A stretch of 64,000 nt of DNA, taken from NCBI GenBank assembly GCA_963810095.1, contig CAWEMM010000006.1, forward strand, positions 1,504,001 to 1,568,000. Reading direction: 5' to 3'. Source of the stretch: an uncultured Chloroflexia bacterium. Its GTDB lineage: Bacteria; Chloroflexota; Anaerolineae; CG2-30-64-16. Made by a program: the position numbers and the translations under genes. Below the pieces are notes generated by a model that ran no database searches, had not been told where the DNA came from, and worked only from the letters and a program-made list of their open reading frames with translations. Within the stretch, counting starts at the first letter, position 1, and each line of letters begins with the position of its first letter. Shown one piece after another: positions 31,477 through 42,414 of this stretch.

Positions 31477-33159
31477 CTACTCGATGGCTTCTTCAGCCGG
31501 CACGCCGCCCGGGTCACTCTGTTCTCGCCTGTGCGCGGCACCGCTGCCGTTGTAACCGGGCAGGGGCAGCCCGGCCTCGAACGCCTTTGTTGCCTCGACG
31601 ACGTCGCCGGCCTTGTTGGCGGCAAATGCTTCGGCGTGTGCTTCAGCCGTGCCGTTCTCCGGGATCAGCTCGGGCGAGAGATCCCAGACCTCTTCCTCCT
31701 CGGGGGCGCCCGCTTCCGACGGGGCCGGCTGGCCGTTCAGCAGCCACCCTTCCATCTCCCGCAGCTCGACGTTGAAGTTCTCGGCGATGCTGAGCGGGTC
31801 GGGCACGAGGCAGGCGTCGGTCATGATGCCGACCGTGACTGTGCCCGCGTAGCTCATGATGCTGATGCCCATGCCCGTGTTGCCGTAGACCGGCACCCAG
31901 AACATGAGGTTGTCGAGGCGGCTGCCGGCCATGTAGAGGGGCTGGCGCGGGCCGGGCACGTTGGTCATCACGGCCGACGTCTTCGACACGAAGAAGTCTT
32001 CCACGAGATGCTCGGCGATGATGGGCACGAGCCCGATACCGTTGAGGATGACGAAGGCCACGAGCGCCTCGGGCGAGTTCTTGATGTCGCTCATGCGCTT
32101 CTTCATAATCACGAGGCGTTCCACCGGGTCGCGGGTTTCGACGGGCAGGGTCAGGATGACCAGGCCGAACCGGTTGCCGAGCTCGCCTACCTCGTGCGGC
32201 TGGCGCAGGTTCACCGGCACCATGGCGTTCATCTCCACCCCTGCGGTCGACTGGCCTGTGTCTTCCAGGTAACGCCGGAGCGCGCCGGCCACTGCCGCGA
32301 GGAGCACGTCGTTGACCGTGCCGCCCAGCCGCTTGCCGATAGCCTTGACACTCTCGAGGGGGAATGGCTCGGACCAGGCGGCCCGCTTCGACCGCCCGCA
32401 CGCGCCGTGAAACGCCTTGGCGCTATCGGGCAGCGTCAGCAGCAGCTTGCCCGTGGCGGCCACGACGTCCTCGCCTTTTTTCTTCCACGTCTTCGCCAGG
32501 TCCTGCCCCTGCCGCGCCAGTTCGAGCCCGTGCGCGGGCCGCGCCAGGGTCGCCCGGCCTTCCTCGAGGATGCTGCCGGCGAGCTTGTGGATGCTCAGGC
32601 CGCTGCGTCTCGGCGAGGCGACCCCTTCCTTGGCCAGCAGGTCACGCGCGCGCGCCTTAGGCTGGACGGCCGACAGCGGCTCGGGCACCTCGTCGGTCAT
32701 CCCCAGCAGCACGTCGACCAGCGCCAACCCGTCGCCGATGCAGTGGTGCAGCCGGCCGATCATGGCCCCGCCCGCCCCGAAGTTGTCGACCACGTGGAAA
32801 TCCCACAGTGGCCGCGTGTAATCCAGCGGGGTGCTCATCAGGTCGCTGACCAGCTCCTGCAGAGCCGCCATGTCGCCCGGCGCGGGCAAGGCCACCCGGT
32901 GCACGTGGGCGTTGAGGTCGAAATGGGGATCGTCTTCCCAACTGGGCAAGGTGAGCCCAAGCGGCGTCTCGCGCACCCGCTGTCGGAAGCGGTCGTGCCG
33001 CAGCATGCGTTCGCCCAGGATGTCCTTTACGCGGCTAAAGTCCAGCGGCTGCTCGAACATCATGACGCCGGTAATCATCATCTTGTTCGTCAGCCGGTCC
33101 ATGCGGAGCCAGGTGGCGTCGACGGGCGAAAAGACTGTGCGTTTGAGGTGCGGGGCCAT
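31477..33159 (-). CDS. Wax ester synthase / diacylglycerol acyltransferase (WS/DGAT)
   Basis: HHCIGDG catalytic motif, TVNDV, VPVNLR, GNRFG, TNVPGP. Confidence 0.93.
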   Translation of the reverse strand: MAPHLKRTVFSPVDATWLRMDRLTNKMMITGVMMFEQPLDFSRVKDILGERMLRHDRFRQRVRETPLGLTLPSWEDDPHFDLNAHVHRVALPAPGDMAALQELVSDLMSTPLDYTRPLWDFHVVDNFGAGGAMIGRLHHCIGDGLALVDVLLGMTDEVPEPLSAVQPKARARDLLAKEGVASPRRSGLSIHKLAGSILEEGRATLARPAHGLELARQGQDLAKTWKKKGEDVVAATGKLLLTLPDSAKAFHGACGRSKRAAWSEPFPLESVKAIGKRLGGTVNDVLLAAVAGALRRYLEDTGQSTAGVEMNAMVPVNLRQPHEVGELGNRFGLVILTLPVETRDPVERLVIMKKRMSDIKNSPEALVAFVILNGIGLVPIIAEHLVEDFFVSKTSAVMTNVPGPRQPLYMAGSRLDNLMFWVPVYGNTGMGISIMSYAGTVTVGIMTDACLVPDPLSIAENFNVELREMEGWLLNGQPAPSEAGAPEEEEVWDLSPELIPENGTAEAHAEAFAANKAGDVVEATKAFEAGLPLPGYNGSGAAHRREQSDPGGVPAEEAIE

Positions 33160-33311
33160 CGATGCCCTCCTTTGGGTATCGCGAAAAAAGAGGCCAGAAA
33201 GGGCCTTTGTAACAGAGAGTACACCCTGGGCGAATCAATGTCAATGCGACAAAAGTGCGGAGGTGCATGCCAGACCGGGGCAAGAGCAGCGGAGGACTGG
33301 AACGCGTGGAC

Positions 33312-33950
33312 TCAGGACTCGGCGGGCGTGCGGCGAAGAGCGGCACGCCGCCCGCTGCGCCGTGCGATCAGCCACGCGCGGACCTGGGGCAGGCGGATGA
33401 ACAGGCTCAGCGCGACTACCGCGCCCCAGATCAGCGGCCCCCGGATGTCGGCCTTCACCGCCCAGACGTAATGCGTGACGACCAGCGCGCCGGCGAGATA
33501 GACCCAGCGGTGCAGCTTGCGCCAGGTCTTCCCCAGCCGCCGCTGCCAGCCCCTCGTCGACGTGACTGCGAGTGGGATCAGGATCAGCAGCGCGGCGAGG
33601 CCGACAAAGATGTAGCGCTTGCCCGCCACGTCGGCCCAGAGGAACTGGAAGTTGAAGCCGTAGTCGAGGCCGACGAACGTCAGGAAGTGGAGCGCGGCGT
33701 AGCCGAACGCGTACAGCCCGAGCGGGCGGCGCCACCGGGTAACGAAGGACCAGCCCGTCACGATGTTCGCCGGCGTGCACCAGAGGGATAGCACGAGCAT
33801 GATCAGCGCGTACTTCCCCGTCCGCTGCTCGACGTCCTGGATCGGATTAACTGACAGCCGCCCGGAGGCTGCATCGAACAGCAGCCAGGCCAAGGGAAGC
33901 AGCGCGGCTACGTGAACCAGGATTTGCCAGAGGCGAACCTTGCGCATCAA
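33312..33950 (-). CDS. msrQ: Methionine sulfoxide reductase heme-binding membrane subunit
   Basis: [29 protein letters not shown]; coupled to msrP. Confidence 0.92.
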   Translation of the reverse strand: MMRKVRLWQILVHVAALLPLAWLLFDAASGRLSVNPIQDVEQRTGKYALIMLVLSLWCTPANIVTGWSFVTRWRRPLGLYAFGYAALHFLTFVGLDYGFNFQFLWADVAGKRYIFVGLAALLILIPLAVTSTRGWQRRLGKTWRKLHRWVYLAGALVVTHYVWAVKADIRGPLIWGAVVALSLFIRLPQVRAWLIARRSGRRAALRRTPAES

Positions 33951-34957
33951 TAGTTAGCCCGTAAGTCCATGCCGGCATAGAGGCTCGCCACCTGATCCGC
34001 GTAGCCGTTGAACGGCAGCGTCGCGCGCCGGCCTGATTCGCCGATGCGCCGCTCGCTGGCCTGCGACCAGCGCGGGTGTGGCACGTCGGGATTAACGTTC
34101 GAGTAGAACCCGTACTCCTCGGGTGCGGCCTTCATCCAGAGCGACACCGGCTGCTCGGCCACCAGGTCGATCTTCACGATCGACTTGATGCTCTTGAAGC
34201 CGTACTTCCACGGAACCACCAGCCGGATGGGCGCGCCGTTCTGCGGGTAGAGCTGCTTGCCGTACAGCCCGACCGACAGGAGCGCCAGGTCGTTCATCGC
34301 CTCGTCAAGCCGCAGCCCTTCGACGTAGGGCCAGTCGTACCAGTCGGACTTCTGGCCGGGCATGCGCTCGGGATCGAGCAGCGTCTCGAACCGCACGTAC
34401 TTCGCATCTGACTTGGGCTCCACCTCTTTGAGCAGCCTGGCCAGGGAAAAGCCGAGCCATGGAATCACCATCGACCACGCTTCCACGCAGCGCAGCCGGT
34501 AGATGCGTTCCTCGGGCTGGAACTTGCGGACCAGGTCGTCGATCCCGTAGGTCTTCGGCTGGTTCACCAAGCCGCCCACCTGCACGGTCCACGGCGACGT
34601 GACGAATCCTTTGGCGTTGCGGGCAGGGTCCCCCTTGTCCATCCCGAACTCGTAAAAGTTGTTGTAGGTGGTCACTGCCTCGTGCGAGGTAAGCGGAGCG
34701 CCGGTCTCGTCTGCTGTCTTGCCGGCTTGCGGCGCCGCATCGGACGGGGGCAGCAGGCCGGGAGGCGTCACGGCGGTCGGGCTGCCACCTGCGGCCGGTG
34801 TGGCGGCAGGGGTCGGCGCGGCGGGCGCGGCACAGGCCGCCAACGCAAGTGCGCCCGCGCCGATGGCGACCCCCTTCATGAACTGGCGCCGGTTGATGTA
34901 CACCTTCTCCGGCGTAATCTCGGATGATGGAATGCGCGGCCACTTTTGCATTGGCAT
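33947..34957 (-). CDS. msrP: Methionine sulfoxide reductase catalytic molybdoprotein (Tat signal)
   Basis: [48 protein letters not shown]. Confidence 0.96.
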   Translation of the reverse strand: MPMQKWPRIPSSEITPEKVYINRRQFMKGVAIGAGALALAACAAPAAPTPAATPAAGGSPTAVTPPGLLPPSDAAPQAGKTADETGAPLTSHEAVTTYNNFYEFGMDKGDPARNAKGFVTSPWTVQVGGLVNQPKTYGIDDLVRKFQPEERIYRLRCVEAWSMVIPWLGFSLARLLKEVEPKSDAKYVRFETLLDPERMPGQKSDWYDWPYVEGLRLDEAMNDLALLSVGLYGKQLYPQNGAPIRLVVPWKYGFKSIKSIVKIDLVAEQPVSLWMKAAPEEYGFYSNVNPDVPHPRWSQASERRIGESGRRATLPFNGYADQVASLYAGMDLRANY

Positions 34958-35224
34958 GAGTCCTCCAGATCGACCACTTCGAGCATTGCGCCTTCGTGCG
35001 GCATGGAAGCGAACTTTCACCCGGCACGACGAGACGCAAGCTTCGTGAGCAGGGGTTTTTCCCGGGGCTTCACCCGTGCTTTCCCTGTCCTGTGTAGCAT
35101 AAGGCACTAAAATGAGACCTATCTTAAGAGTTTATTACAAGCTTATTACCCCTTCTGTAAGCAAGCGACCCGCAAGGGGGGCGCCGGCTCCTGACAGCGC
35201 CGATCAGTGTGATAGAATGCTGCC

Positions 35225-36275
35225 GTGGTGCGACGTAGGCGCGCGGCCTGGGCTTTGGGCGGGGCAGCTGCGGCGGCCGGTGGGCTGGCGGCCTACTGGT
35301 ACGCGCACCGGGTCGAACGGGTACGCGTCGCGCTCCACCGGGCTACCATTGAGGTTGACAAGCCCGGCCTGCCGCCGGACGGTCTCACCATCCTCCATCT
35401 TTCCGACTTCCACTTTCGGTCGCATGATCCGGTCCAGGAGGCGCGTTTGCGACGGCTGCGCGCTTTGCTTTCAGCTGAGCCTTACGACATCCTCGCCTTC
35501 ACCGGCGACCTGATCCACAACGAAGCGGGCCTGCCGCGCGCCCTTCGGTTCCTCGCAGAGTTCGATCCCCGCATCGCAGCGTTTTCCGTGCCGGGCAACC
35601 GGGACTACTGGGAGTCGAGCTTCAAGGCCCTCCTGGGCACCCCGGAAGAGCGGGCAGGTCTCGGCGTGGTGGGGCAGGTGCGGCTGGTGCTCGGGAAGAC
35701 CCGGCGGATGCTACGCATATTCGCAGGCAATGAGCGCGCGAGCCTCCGCCTCCACAGTAACGACGTGCCCGCCATGAACGCGGCGCTCGCGGCTCAAGGA
35801 ATCGAGCCGCTGCTCAATCGGGCCGTCAACGTGCGAGGGTCGGGAATTGACCTTTGGTTTGCAGGGATCGACGATTGGACACAGGGCGGCCCGGACCTGG
35901 GGGCCGCGCTCGCACCCGTGCCGGACGGGGCCGTGCTGGTTTTGCTGGCACATAACCCCGACGTGTGGCTGCGCGCAGAAGGCCGAGGGCGAGGCGAGCG
36001 CCCGGCGCGCAGACCTGGTCCTGGCGGGCCACACACACGGCGGGCAAATCAACCTGCCGCTGGTGGGCGCATGGTACCGGCAGGGCACGCTGGTGAACCG
36101 GCGGCAGGCTGCGGGCTGGTTTGCGGATGGCGCGAGCCGGATGTTCGTCAGCCGGGGGCTGGGGGAGAGCTTTCCGTTCCGGTTCCGCGCTCCGCCCCAG
36201 GCCGCGCTGATTCGCCTGGTTGCGGCCGCGCCCGGCATAGACACTCACCCCGCGCTGGCGGACAGCGCGGGATAA
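35225..36275 (+). CDS. Metallophosphoesterase (frameshift near 35990)
   Basis: LSDFH, TGDL, PGNRD, LAHNPD; LAGHTHGGQI in another frame. Confidence 0.82.
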
Positions 36276-36277
36276 GG

Positions 36278-36374
36278 TAGGACACTGATTGAAATGATGG
36301 GACTGATCACCATGATCTTATTCCGAAAGGGGCAGTGCGGATCAGTTCAATCAGGCGCATCAGTGTCCCATTTC
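36278..36374. repeat. Inverted element, family C (GGACACTGATTGAA...TTCAATCAG..TGTCCCATTTC)
   Basis: Periodic CTGAT/ATCAG units in inverted orientation; relatives at ~20710, ~31410, ~42220-42300, ~59040-59128. Confidence 0.65.
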
Positions 36375-36483
36375 AGATCAGGGCGCAGATGACATCGATG
36401 GTGTGGATTGCCAGGATTCCTTTGAGACAGGTGTGCCGCTCTTGACCGAACAAGACAGGGGTTTCATCAGAGGAGGAAGGACA

Positions 36484-37740
36484 GTGGGGAGAAGTGCCAA
36501 AGGCTGGCTCGCCGGTGGGCTGGTGGGAGTCGTCGCAGCAGGTGGACTGGCGGCGCTCTATGCGACGTCGCTCGCACGCGAGCAGGTGCAGTTGGACCGG
36601 TACACGGTGCATATCACGAAACCCTCATTTCCGCGGTCCGGGCTGACGATTCTGCACCTCACCGACTTTCATTTCCGGGCGGGCGGCGCGGTGCAGGAGC
36701 GCAAGCTGGCGCAGTTGCACAGGCTGCTGGCGGGCGAGAGCTACGATCTCGTCGCGCTGACCGGCGACCTGATCCACGACACCGCCGGCCTGCCAAAGGC
36801 GCTGGAACTGATCCGGTCGCTTGACGCCCGCTGCGGGCTCTACTTCGTGCCCGGCAACCATGACTACGCCGAGTACACGCCTTGGGGTGTGCTGGGCCAC
36901 ACCTGGCGCGAGAGCGCGGAAGGGGGATCGCGCTTTACGGACGTCAAGCACATTGCCCGCGCGCTCGCCGATTTCGTGCGCAAGGTCGTGAAGAACGAGT
37001 TGGTGCGAATGCCGGTGTGCTTCAACGATGTACCGGCGATGATTGCAGAACTGGAAGTTGCCGGGGTGCGCAGCCTGGTGAACGCGTCGATGCGGCTGCC
37101 CGTGGACGGCGGCGAGGTCTGGTTAGCCGGCATCGACGACGAGATGGAAAGCCATCCCGACCTGGCGCAGGCTTTCGACGGGGTGCCGGAGGGCGCGCCG
37201 CTGATCCTGCTGGCCCACAACCCGGACATCTGGCTGCAGTGCGGCGTCGACCGGGCCGACCTGGTGCTTTCAGGCCACACGCACGGCGGGCAGATTCAGC
37301 TCCCGATCATGGGCGCGGTGCACACGCAGGGCACGCACCTCAGCCGCAAGGCGCCGGCCGGCTGGTTCGAGCGGGGGCATTCGAAGATGTTTGTGGGCCG
37401 GGGGCTGGGCGAGAGCATCCCGCTGCGCTTCGGCGCGCGGCCCCAGGTCGCGCTGATCACGCTGCTGCCGGGCAGGGAATCAGCGCCCTCGATTACACGG
37501 TCAGCGTGGGATCGCCGACGTGCGGCTTGTCGACCGGGCCGGCGGCCTCCTGCCATGCGGGGCAGCGGCGCTCGGGCGGTGTGGGCCGGTCCTGGTGGGG
37601 TCCGCCCGGGCAGCGGCAGAAGGCCTGGAGGCGGGCGGCTTGCCCGTCGCCGTTCGAGCGGAAGAAGTCGACGAACGTGCACGTGTCGCAGGAGCCCCGC
37701 GCGGGCTGCCTGCCAAACAGGGAGGCAAGTTTTTCTTTAA
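36484..37740 (+). CDS. Metallophosphoesterase, tandem paralogue (true 3' end probably near 37490)
   Basis: LTDFH, TGDL, PGNHD, LAHNPD, SGHTHGGQI; GTG after AGGAGG. Confidence 0.85.
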   Translation: MGRSAKGWLAGGLVGVVAAGGLAALYATSLAREQVQLDRYTVHITKPSFPRSGLTILHLTDFHFRAGGAVQERKLAQLHRLLAGESYDLVALTGDLIHDTAGLPKALELIRSLDARCGLYFVPGNHDYAEYTPWGVLGHTWRESAEGGSRFTDVKHIARALADFVRKVVKNELVRMPVCFNDVPAMIAELEVAGVRSLVNASMRLPVDGGEVWLAGIDDEMESHPDLAQAFDGVPEGAPLILLAHNPDIWLQCGVDRADLVLSGHTHGGQIQLPIMGAVHTQGTHLSRKAPAGWFERGHSKMFVGRGLGESIPLRFGARPQVALITLLPGRESAPSITRSAWDRRRAACRPGRRPPAMRGSGARAVWAGPGGVRPGSGRRPGGGRLARRRSSGRSRRTCTCRRSPARAACQTGRQVFL

Positions 37741-37750
37741 TGGACGTCAT
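37493..37750 (-). CDS. Small Cys-rich hypothetical protein (85 aa)
   Basis: GGAGAGG RBS; CDTC...CRC...C pattern. Confidence 0.55.
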   Translation of the reverse strand: MTSIKEKLASLFGRQPARGSCDTCTFVDFFRSNGDGQAARLQAFCRCPGGPHQDRPTPPERRCPAWQEAAGPVDKPHVGDPTLTV

Positions 37751-37834
37751 GGGCGCCTCTCCAGGTGACTTGCCCGAGCATAGACGGCGGCCGGCCGGCT
37801 GTCAGCAAGCCGCTTTACGGTTAGGGCGGCCCGT

Positions 37835-39004
37835 ATGTCGCTGATCGCCTACCTGCCCCCGATCATCCCGCCCGGCCGGCGAGCGGAGGACCTGGTCCTC
37901 CGTGTCGAACAGATCACGTCGCGCTCGGGCCTCGGCCAGTTTGCTTCGACGCCGCGCCATCTCTACCGCGACGACCCCCGCTGGGTGCCGCCCTTCAGCG
38001 CAGCACGGCGCGATGCGCTCTGGCCCGACCGCAACCCGTTCTTGTCGGGGGGCGCCGTGGGCGCGTTTCGGGTCATAGCGCAGAACCTTGGGCTGGGCGA
38101 CGAGACCATGGGCGTGCTGGCCGCATGGTGGAAGCCCCGCAAGGAGGACGTGGCCGGCGCATGGGGCCGCTGGGGGCTATTGGAAGCGGTGAACCTGGAG
38201 GAGGTCGCAGACCCGCTTTTCTACGAGGCCGAGAACTGGATTTTCGAGCACACGCCGGGCATCGTGGGCATTCGCGGGCCTTGGAGCCCCGAGCCGCTTG
38301 TCGCACCCGGGCTGCTCACGGATGGGTTCGACGCACAGCCTCTCGCCCTCCTGCCCTACAACCCGCCCTACTATCCGGAAATGGTCGAGGGCCAGGGGTA
38401 TGCGCCCGGCTTGAGCTGGCGGGCGTACCGGCTCGATCTGCCCACAAGCATCCCGCGCTACGAACGAACCGAGACCCTCGCCGCCGAGACATGGCGGGCC
38501 GTCGCCTCGGCCTACGCCGTTCAGCCTGACGTAACCGAGCCCCACGAGAGCCTGATTCCGGGGCTGGGGGCATGGCTGAACCACATAGGCGGTGGGGGCC
38601 AGTTCGGGTTCAATCGCTCATGGGAAAGCGCACTGCGTGCGGCATTCCGGTGGGGCGTTGCCGTTACGCCCAAGGACGGGGCGGCCTGTTTTGGCATCCC
38701 CGACCTGGGACCCGCGCTGCGCCTCAGCGGAGGGCGGCTGTTTCCGCTGGCATGGCCGCTGTTCGAGATCGGGCTGCGCCGGACGCGGCGCCTGCACATC
38801 TTCCCGCCCATCGCACCGCCGGAGTGGGACGCCGGGCGGCTGGCCGAGTTGTACGCCGGGGTCATTGAAGCCGCTGCGGCGGCAGGCTACCGGCAGGCAG
38901 TTGTCGCGCCCGTAGCCGACGGCGACGAGCGGACTATCCAAGCGCTTGCGCTTAGCAGGGCCGCGCCGGTCCAGCAGTTCACGGTCTATCAGAAGGATCT
39001 CTAG
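37835..39004 (+). CDS. Hypothetical GNAT-like (YghO-type) protein
   Basis: LYRDDPRWVPP, NPF, GLLTDGF, YNPPYY motifs. Confidence 0.7.
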   Translation: MSLIAYLPPIIPPGRRAEDLVLRVEQITSRSGLGQFASTPRHLYRDDPRWVPPFSAARRDALWPDRNPFLSGGAVGAFRVIAQNLGLGDETMGVLAAWWKPRKEDVAGAWGRWGLLEAVNLEEVADPLFYEAENWIFEHTPGIVGIRGPWSPEPLVAPGLLTDGFDAQPLALLPYNPPYYPEMVEGQGYAPGLSWRAYRLDLPTSIPRYERTETLAAETWRAVASAYAVQPDVTEPHESLIPGLGAWLNHIGGGGQFGFNRSWESALRAAFRWGVAVTPKDGAACFGIPDLGPALRLSGGRLFPLAWPLFEIGLRRTRRLHIFPPIAPPEWDAGRLAELYAGVIEAAAAAGYRQAVVAPVADGDERTIQALALSRAAPVQQFTVYQKDL

Positions 39005-40788
39005 CTGTCCTCGTCGGGCGAGCGCCACAACGCGGGGGGCCGCTCGAAGACGATCCCGCGCTTCGAGTCCATCACCACGTGCATCCCGTCGGCCAGGCCC
39101 TCGATGCCGTCGGAGACGGCTACGATCGCAGGCAGACCCAGCTCCAGTGCGGCAAGCCGGCAGTGGGCATCGGGGCGTGCGTCGGCGCTGATCAGCCCGG
39201 CCGCCCGGTGCAACAGGGGCATGAAACTGCGATCGGTCTTCGTCGTGACGATGATCTCGTCGGGACTGATGTCCGTATCGACCGGCACAGGCGACTCGAG
39301 GCGGCGCACCCGGCCGATCACCTTCCGGTCGCCCAGGCCGTGCCCCCGCACCAAGACCCGCTCGATCAGGTGCACCTTCATCACGTTGGTCGTCCCGCCG
39401 GCCCCTTCCACCGAGCCGCCCGTCACGATCAGCACGTCGCCCTCTTTGACATACCCGGCGGCCTGGGCCGTCTCAACGGCATCGGCAATCACCGCATCGG
39501 TGGATGCGCCGCGTTGAGACAACAGCGGGTATACGCCCCAGAACAACACGAGCTCGCGTTGCGCGAAGGGGCTGGGTGTGACGGCCACGATCGGGCAGGG
39601 CGGCCGGAAGCGCGAGACGGCGCGGGCCGTCGAACCGGATACTGTCGGGGTGATGATGGCGGCGGCGCTCAAGTCCAGCGCAGTTTCGACCGACGCGTGC
39701 GATACCGCCTCGGCGAACGTGCGCCCCGCCTTGGCGGCCAGCTGTTTGCGGGCGCCCAATAGCTGCACCCGTTCGGCTTCCTGCGCGATGCGCACCATTG
39801 TCTGCACGGCCTGCAGCGGGTACTTGCCCGACGCGGTCTCGCCCGACAGCATGATCGCATCCGAGCCGTCGAGGATTGCGTTCGCTACATCCGAAGCTTC
39901 GGCGCGGGTTGGGCGGGGATTGCGGATCATCGAGTCCAGCATCTGGGTGGCCGTAATGACCGGCTTTCCCAACGCGTTGCACTTGGCAATGATTTGCTTC
40001 TGCAGCATTGGGACGGCTTCAGGCGAGAGCTCTATGCCCAGGTCGCCACGTGCAACCATGATCCCGTCGGAAGCCTCGATAATGTCGTCGATGTTCGTGA
40101 TCGCCTCAGGCTTCTCGATTTTCGAGATCACCGGCGTGCGCCGGCCGAAGGCGGAGAGCTGGCGGATGTACCCCTTGAGATCCCACACCTCCTGGCTGGT
40201 GCGCACAAACGACAGCGCCATCCAGTCGATCCCCTGCTCGATGGCAAACGCGAGGTCCTCGCGGTCCTTGTCCGTAATGGCCGGGATGCTCAACGCGGCA
40301 CGGGGCAAGTTCATGCCCTTGTTCGAGTTCAGCACGCCCCCGGTCACCACCCGGGTAACGATGTCGGTCCCGTCGATCTGCTCGACCTTGACTTCGAGCA
40401 GGCCATCGTCGATGAGGATGCGGTCGCCCGGCGCGAGCACCTGGGGGAGCAGCTCGTACTGCACCGGCACCCGGCCCGGGCCGCCTACGAGGTCGTCGGT
40501 CGTCATCACGAGCGTTTCGCCCGCAGTGATGGGCACGCCACCTTCCTGCATGACGCCCACCCGAAGTTTTGGGCCCTGCAGGTCGCCCAGGATGGCCACG
40601 GCCTTGCCCGTCTTGCTCGCGGCCTCGCGCACCCGGCGGATCGTTTCGGCGTGGGTGGCGTGGTCGCCGTGAGAGAAGTTCAGCCGCACGACGTCCATGC
40701 CGGCCTCGATCAACTGGATAAGCTGCCCCGGCTCGCGGCTGGCCGGCCCAATGGTGCAGACGATCTTCGTGTGCAGGTGTGGGACCAT
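39001..40788 (-). CDS. pyk: Pyruvate kinase with C-terminal PEP-utilising swivel domain
   Basis: TKIVCTIGPAS, RLNFSHG, DLQGPK, MVARGDLG, TATQMLDSM, MLSGET. Confidence 0.97.
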   Translation of the reverse strand: MVPHLHTKIVCTIGPASREPGQLIQLIEAGMDVVRLNFSHGDHATHAETIRRVREAASKTGKAVAILGDLQGPKLRVGVMQEGGVPITAGETLVMTTDDLVGGPGRVPVQYELLPQVLAPGDRILIDDGLLEVKVEQIDGTDIVTRVVTGGVLNSNKGMNLPRAALSIPAITDKDREDLAFAIEQGIDWMALSFVRTSQEVWDLKGYIRQLSAFGRRTPVISKIEKPEAITNIDDIIEASDGIMVARGDLGIELSPEAVPMLQKQIIAKCNALGKPVITATQMLDSMIRNPRPTRAEASDVANAILDGSDAIMLSGETASGKYPLQAVQTMVRIAQEAERVQLLGARKQLAAKAGRTFAEAVSHASVETALDLSAAAIITPTVSGSTARAVSRFRPPCPIVAVTPSPFAQRELVLFWGVYPLLSQRGASTDAVIADAVETAQAAGYVKEGDVLIVTGGSVEGAGGTTNVMKVHLIERVLVRGHGLGDRKVIGRVRRLESPVPVDTDISPDEIIVTTKTDRSFMPLLHRAAGLISADARPDAHCRLAALELGLPAIVAVSDGIEGLADGMHVVMDSKRGIVFERPPALWRSPDEDS

Positions 40789-40812
40789 GGTTCTCCTCTT
40801 TGAGGGGTGGCG

Positions 40813-41820
40813 CTAGGCGTCAGGTTTTGTTGCGTCGGGTGTTTCGTCGGGCAGCGGGGCCGGCGGGCCGGGAGGCTCTGGCGATTCTGCCGCGGCCTTG
40901 ACCGCGGCCGTCACCGCCCGGCTGATCATCTTGACAAAGCGGGTGATGGGCCGGCCGCTGAACCGCTCGGCCAGTGTGTCCGCCACGTCGCGGTCACGGG
41001 GCATCTCCCCATAGCGTTCCTTGAGCCGCTCGCGGTGATAGGCCACCCAGATGTAAAGGTCGGCCTCTGTGCGCTGGGGGAACGACTTCAGCACCCGGCT
41101 CTCCTCGATCGCCTTGATCACCGGTGAGTAGACGTTGTCGTACCAGCTCGCGGCGGCCTCGGCGAGGGTCGGCTCGTACCCCCACTGCAGGCCAAGATAG
41201 TAGCGGTGGACCTCGACGTGCTCGAGCAAGATCTTGTACCGGCCCGGCTCGGTCAGCTCGATCTTCTGGTCAGGCCGCGTCTCGTCGAGGTGGGTTTCCC
41301 GCAGGAAATGCGCGTACTCCACCTTGATGATCAGGTCGTCGACGTCCGTCTCGGGGCCCAGCGGCACCATCGTCGAAATCTCGGTGACGGAGGCTTCGAT
41401 CAGGTCGAGCCCGTTTGCCTTTGCCACCGAGACCCGGTGATTGCCGTCGCGGACGAAGTAGACCTCGCCGATCTGGTACACGTCGATGGGAGGGAGGTCG
41501 CGGAGTTCGTTATAAGCTACATCGAGTCGCTTCCACCGCTCGCGGTCGGCCCCGCCGAGGGGGAGGAACGCTCGGTCAAAGTCGCGGTAGCGGCCGACGC
41601 TACCGATGATGCTGGCGATGGGGATAAGTTGGGTGCCGCGGTCGATCTCGGTGCGGCTCCGGACGAGTTCCTGGACCTGCTCGAAAGACAGTAATGTTTC
41701 GTCAGGCTTTTCCTTGAACAGCCGCAGCATCTGCCGGATGAGGGGTCTCGAGTGCGCGCGCTCGTACTTCTGCGCGGCCAGCGAAACCGGATACGGCGGG
41801 GTGCGGGGTGGTGCATCCAT
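40813..41820 (-). CDS. ParB-like/DUF4032-type hypothetical protein
   Basis: IIGSVGRYRDFDR.F.P, LPPI.VY..GE.YFVRDGNHRVSVA. Confidence 0.75.
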   Translation of the reverse strand: MDAPPRTPPYPVSLAAQKYERAHSRPLIRQMLRLFKEKPDETLLSFEQVQELVRSRTEIDRGTQLIPIASIIGSVGRYRDFDRAFLPLGGADRERWKRLDVAYNELRDLPPIDVYQIGEVYFVRDGNHRVSVAKANGLDLIEASVTEISTMVPLGPETDVDDLIIKVEYAHFLRETHLDETRPDQKIELTEPGRYKILLEHVEVHRYYLGLQWGYEPTLAEAAASWYDNVYSPVIKAIEESRVLKSFPQRTEADLYIWVAYHRERLKERYGEMPRDRDVADTLAERFSGRPITRFVKMISRAVTAAVKAAAESPEPPGPPAPLPDETPDATKPDA

Positions 41821-42032
41821 CAAAAATAGTCACTCCAGCGCGTGCTTGCTTGAAAGCTCGCACGTCGCGATGATACGCTTCTGGTTAGGCGCGCGCAAAC
41901 GCACCTGTACCGGTTCCTATGCTAGCACAAAGCAGTGGCAGACCAAAGTAGTCCCGCTTGCCAGGGTGTAGTTCGGGGTTTTGCGCGGGTGGATGGTTTG
42001 GAATGCGGCAGGGGCGGTCTCAGCTCACGCCT

Positions 42033-42265
42033 AATGACTGTTTGGCGGGGGCGCTCTTGCCCCCGCCGCCCCCGACCAGGGGCTGCGCCCCTTGGAACCC
42101 CAAAGGCAACGCTATCCGTACGCTTTCGCCCGGATAAGTCACTGCACGGGGGATGAGGCCGGGGCGGCAGGAACCATGCGTGTATTTAACGCTTCTTGCG
42201 TGAAATAGGACGTTGATTCAACTGATTGAGCGGACCGGACGAGTCCTTTGGGTAAAGATCGTCAT
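42033..42265. repeat. ~230-bp dispersed repeat, copy 2
   Basis: Aligns with 31231-31462. Confidence 0.85.
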
Positions 42266-42336
42266 AATCAGTCCGATCCGTTCAATCAGTGTCCCATTTC
42301 ATCCCGGTTGTCCAGCAGCGCAGGGGTGAAGGCCTG

Positions 42337-42410
42337 ATCGCAAAGTGGAAGGGACGCGCCGTAGGGCGAGCTAAAGCTCACCCTACAACGAGTCCTTTCC
42401 ACTTTGCGAT
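42337..42410. repeat. Long hairpin with GTAG-type REP-like core
   Basis: atcgcaaagtggaagggac...gtagggcgagct-aa-agctcaccctac...gtcctttccactttgcgat. Confidence 0.75.
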
Positions 42411-42414
42411 TGGT

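Noticed and set aside
34958-35110. Moco riboswitch upstream of msrP
   Set aside because: No recognisable consensus elements by eye; cmscan would settle it
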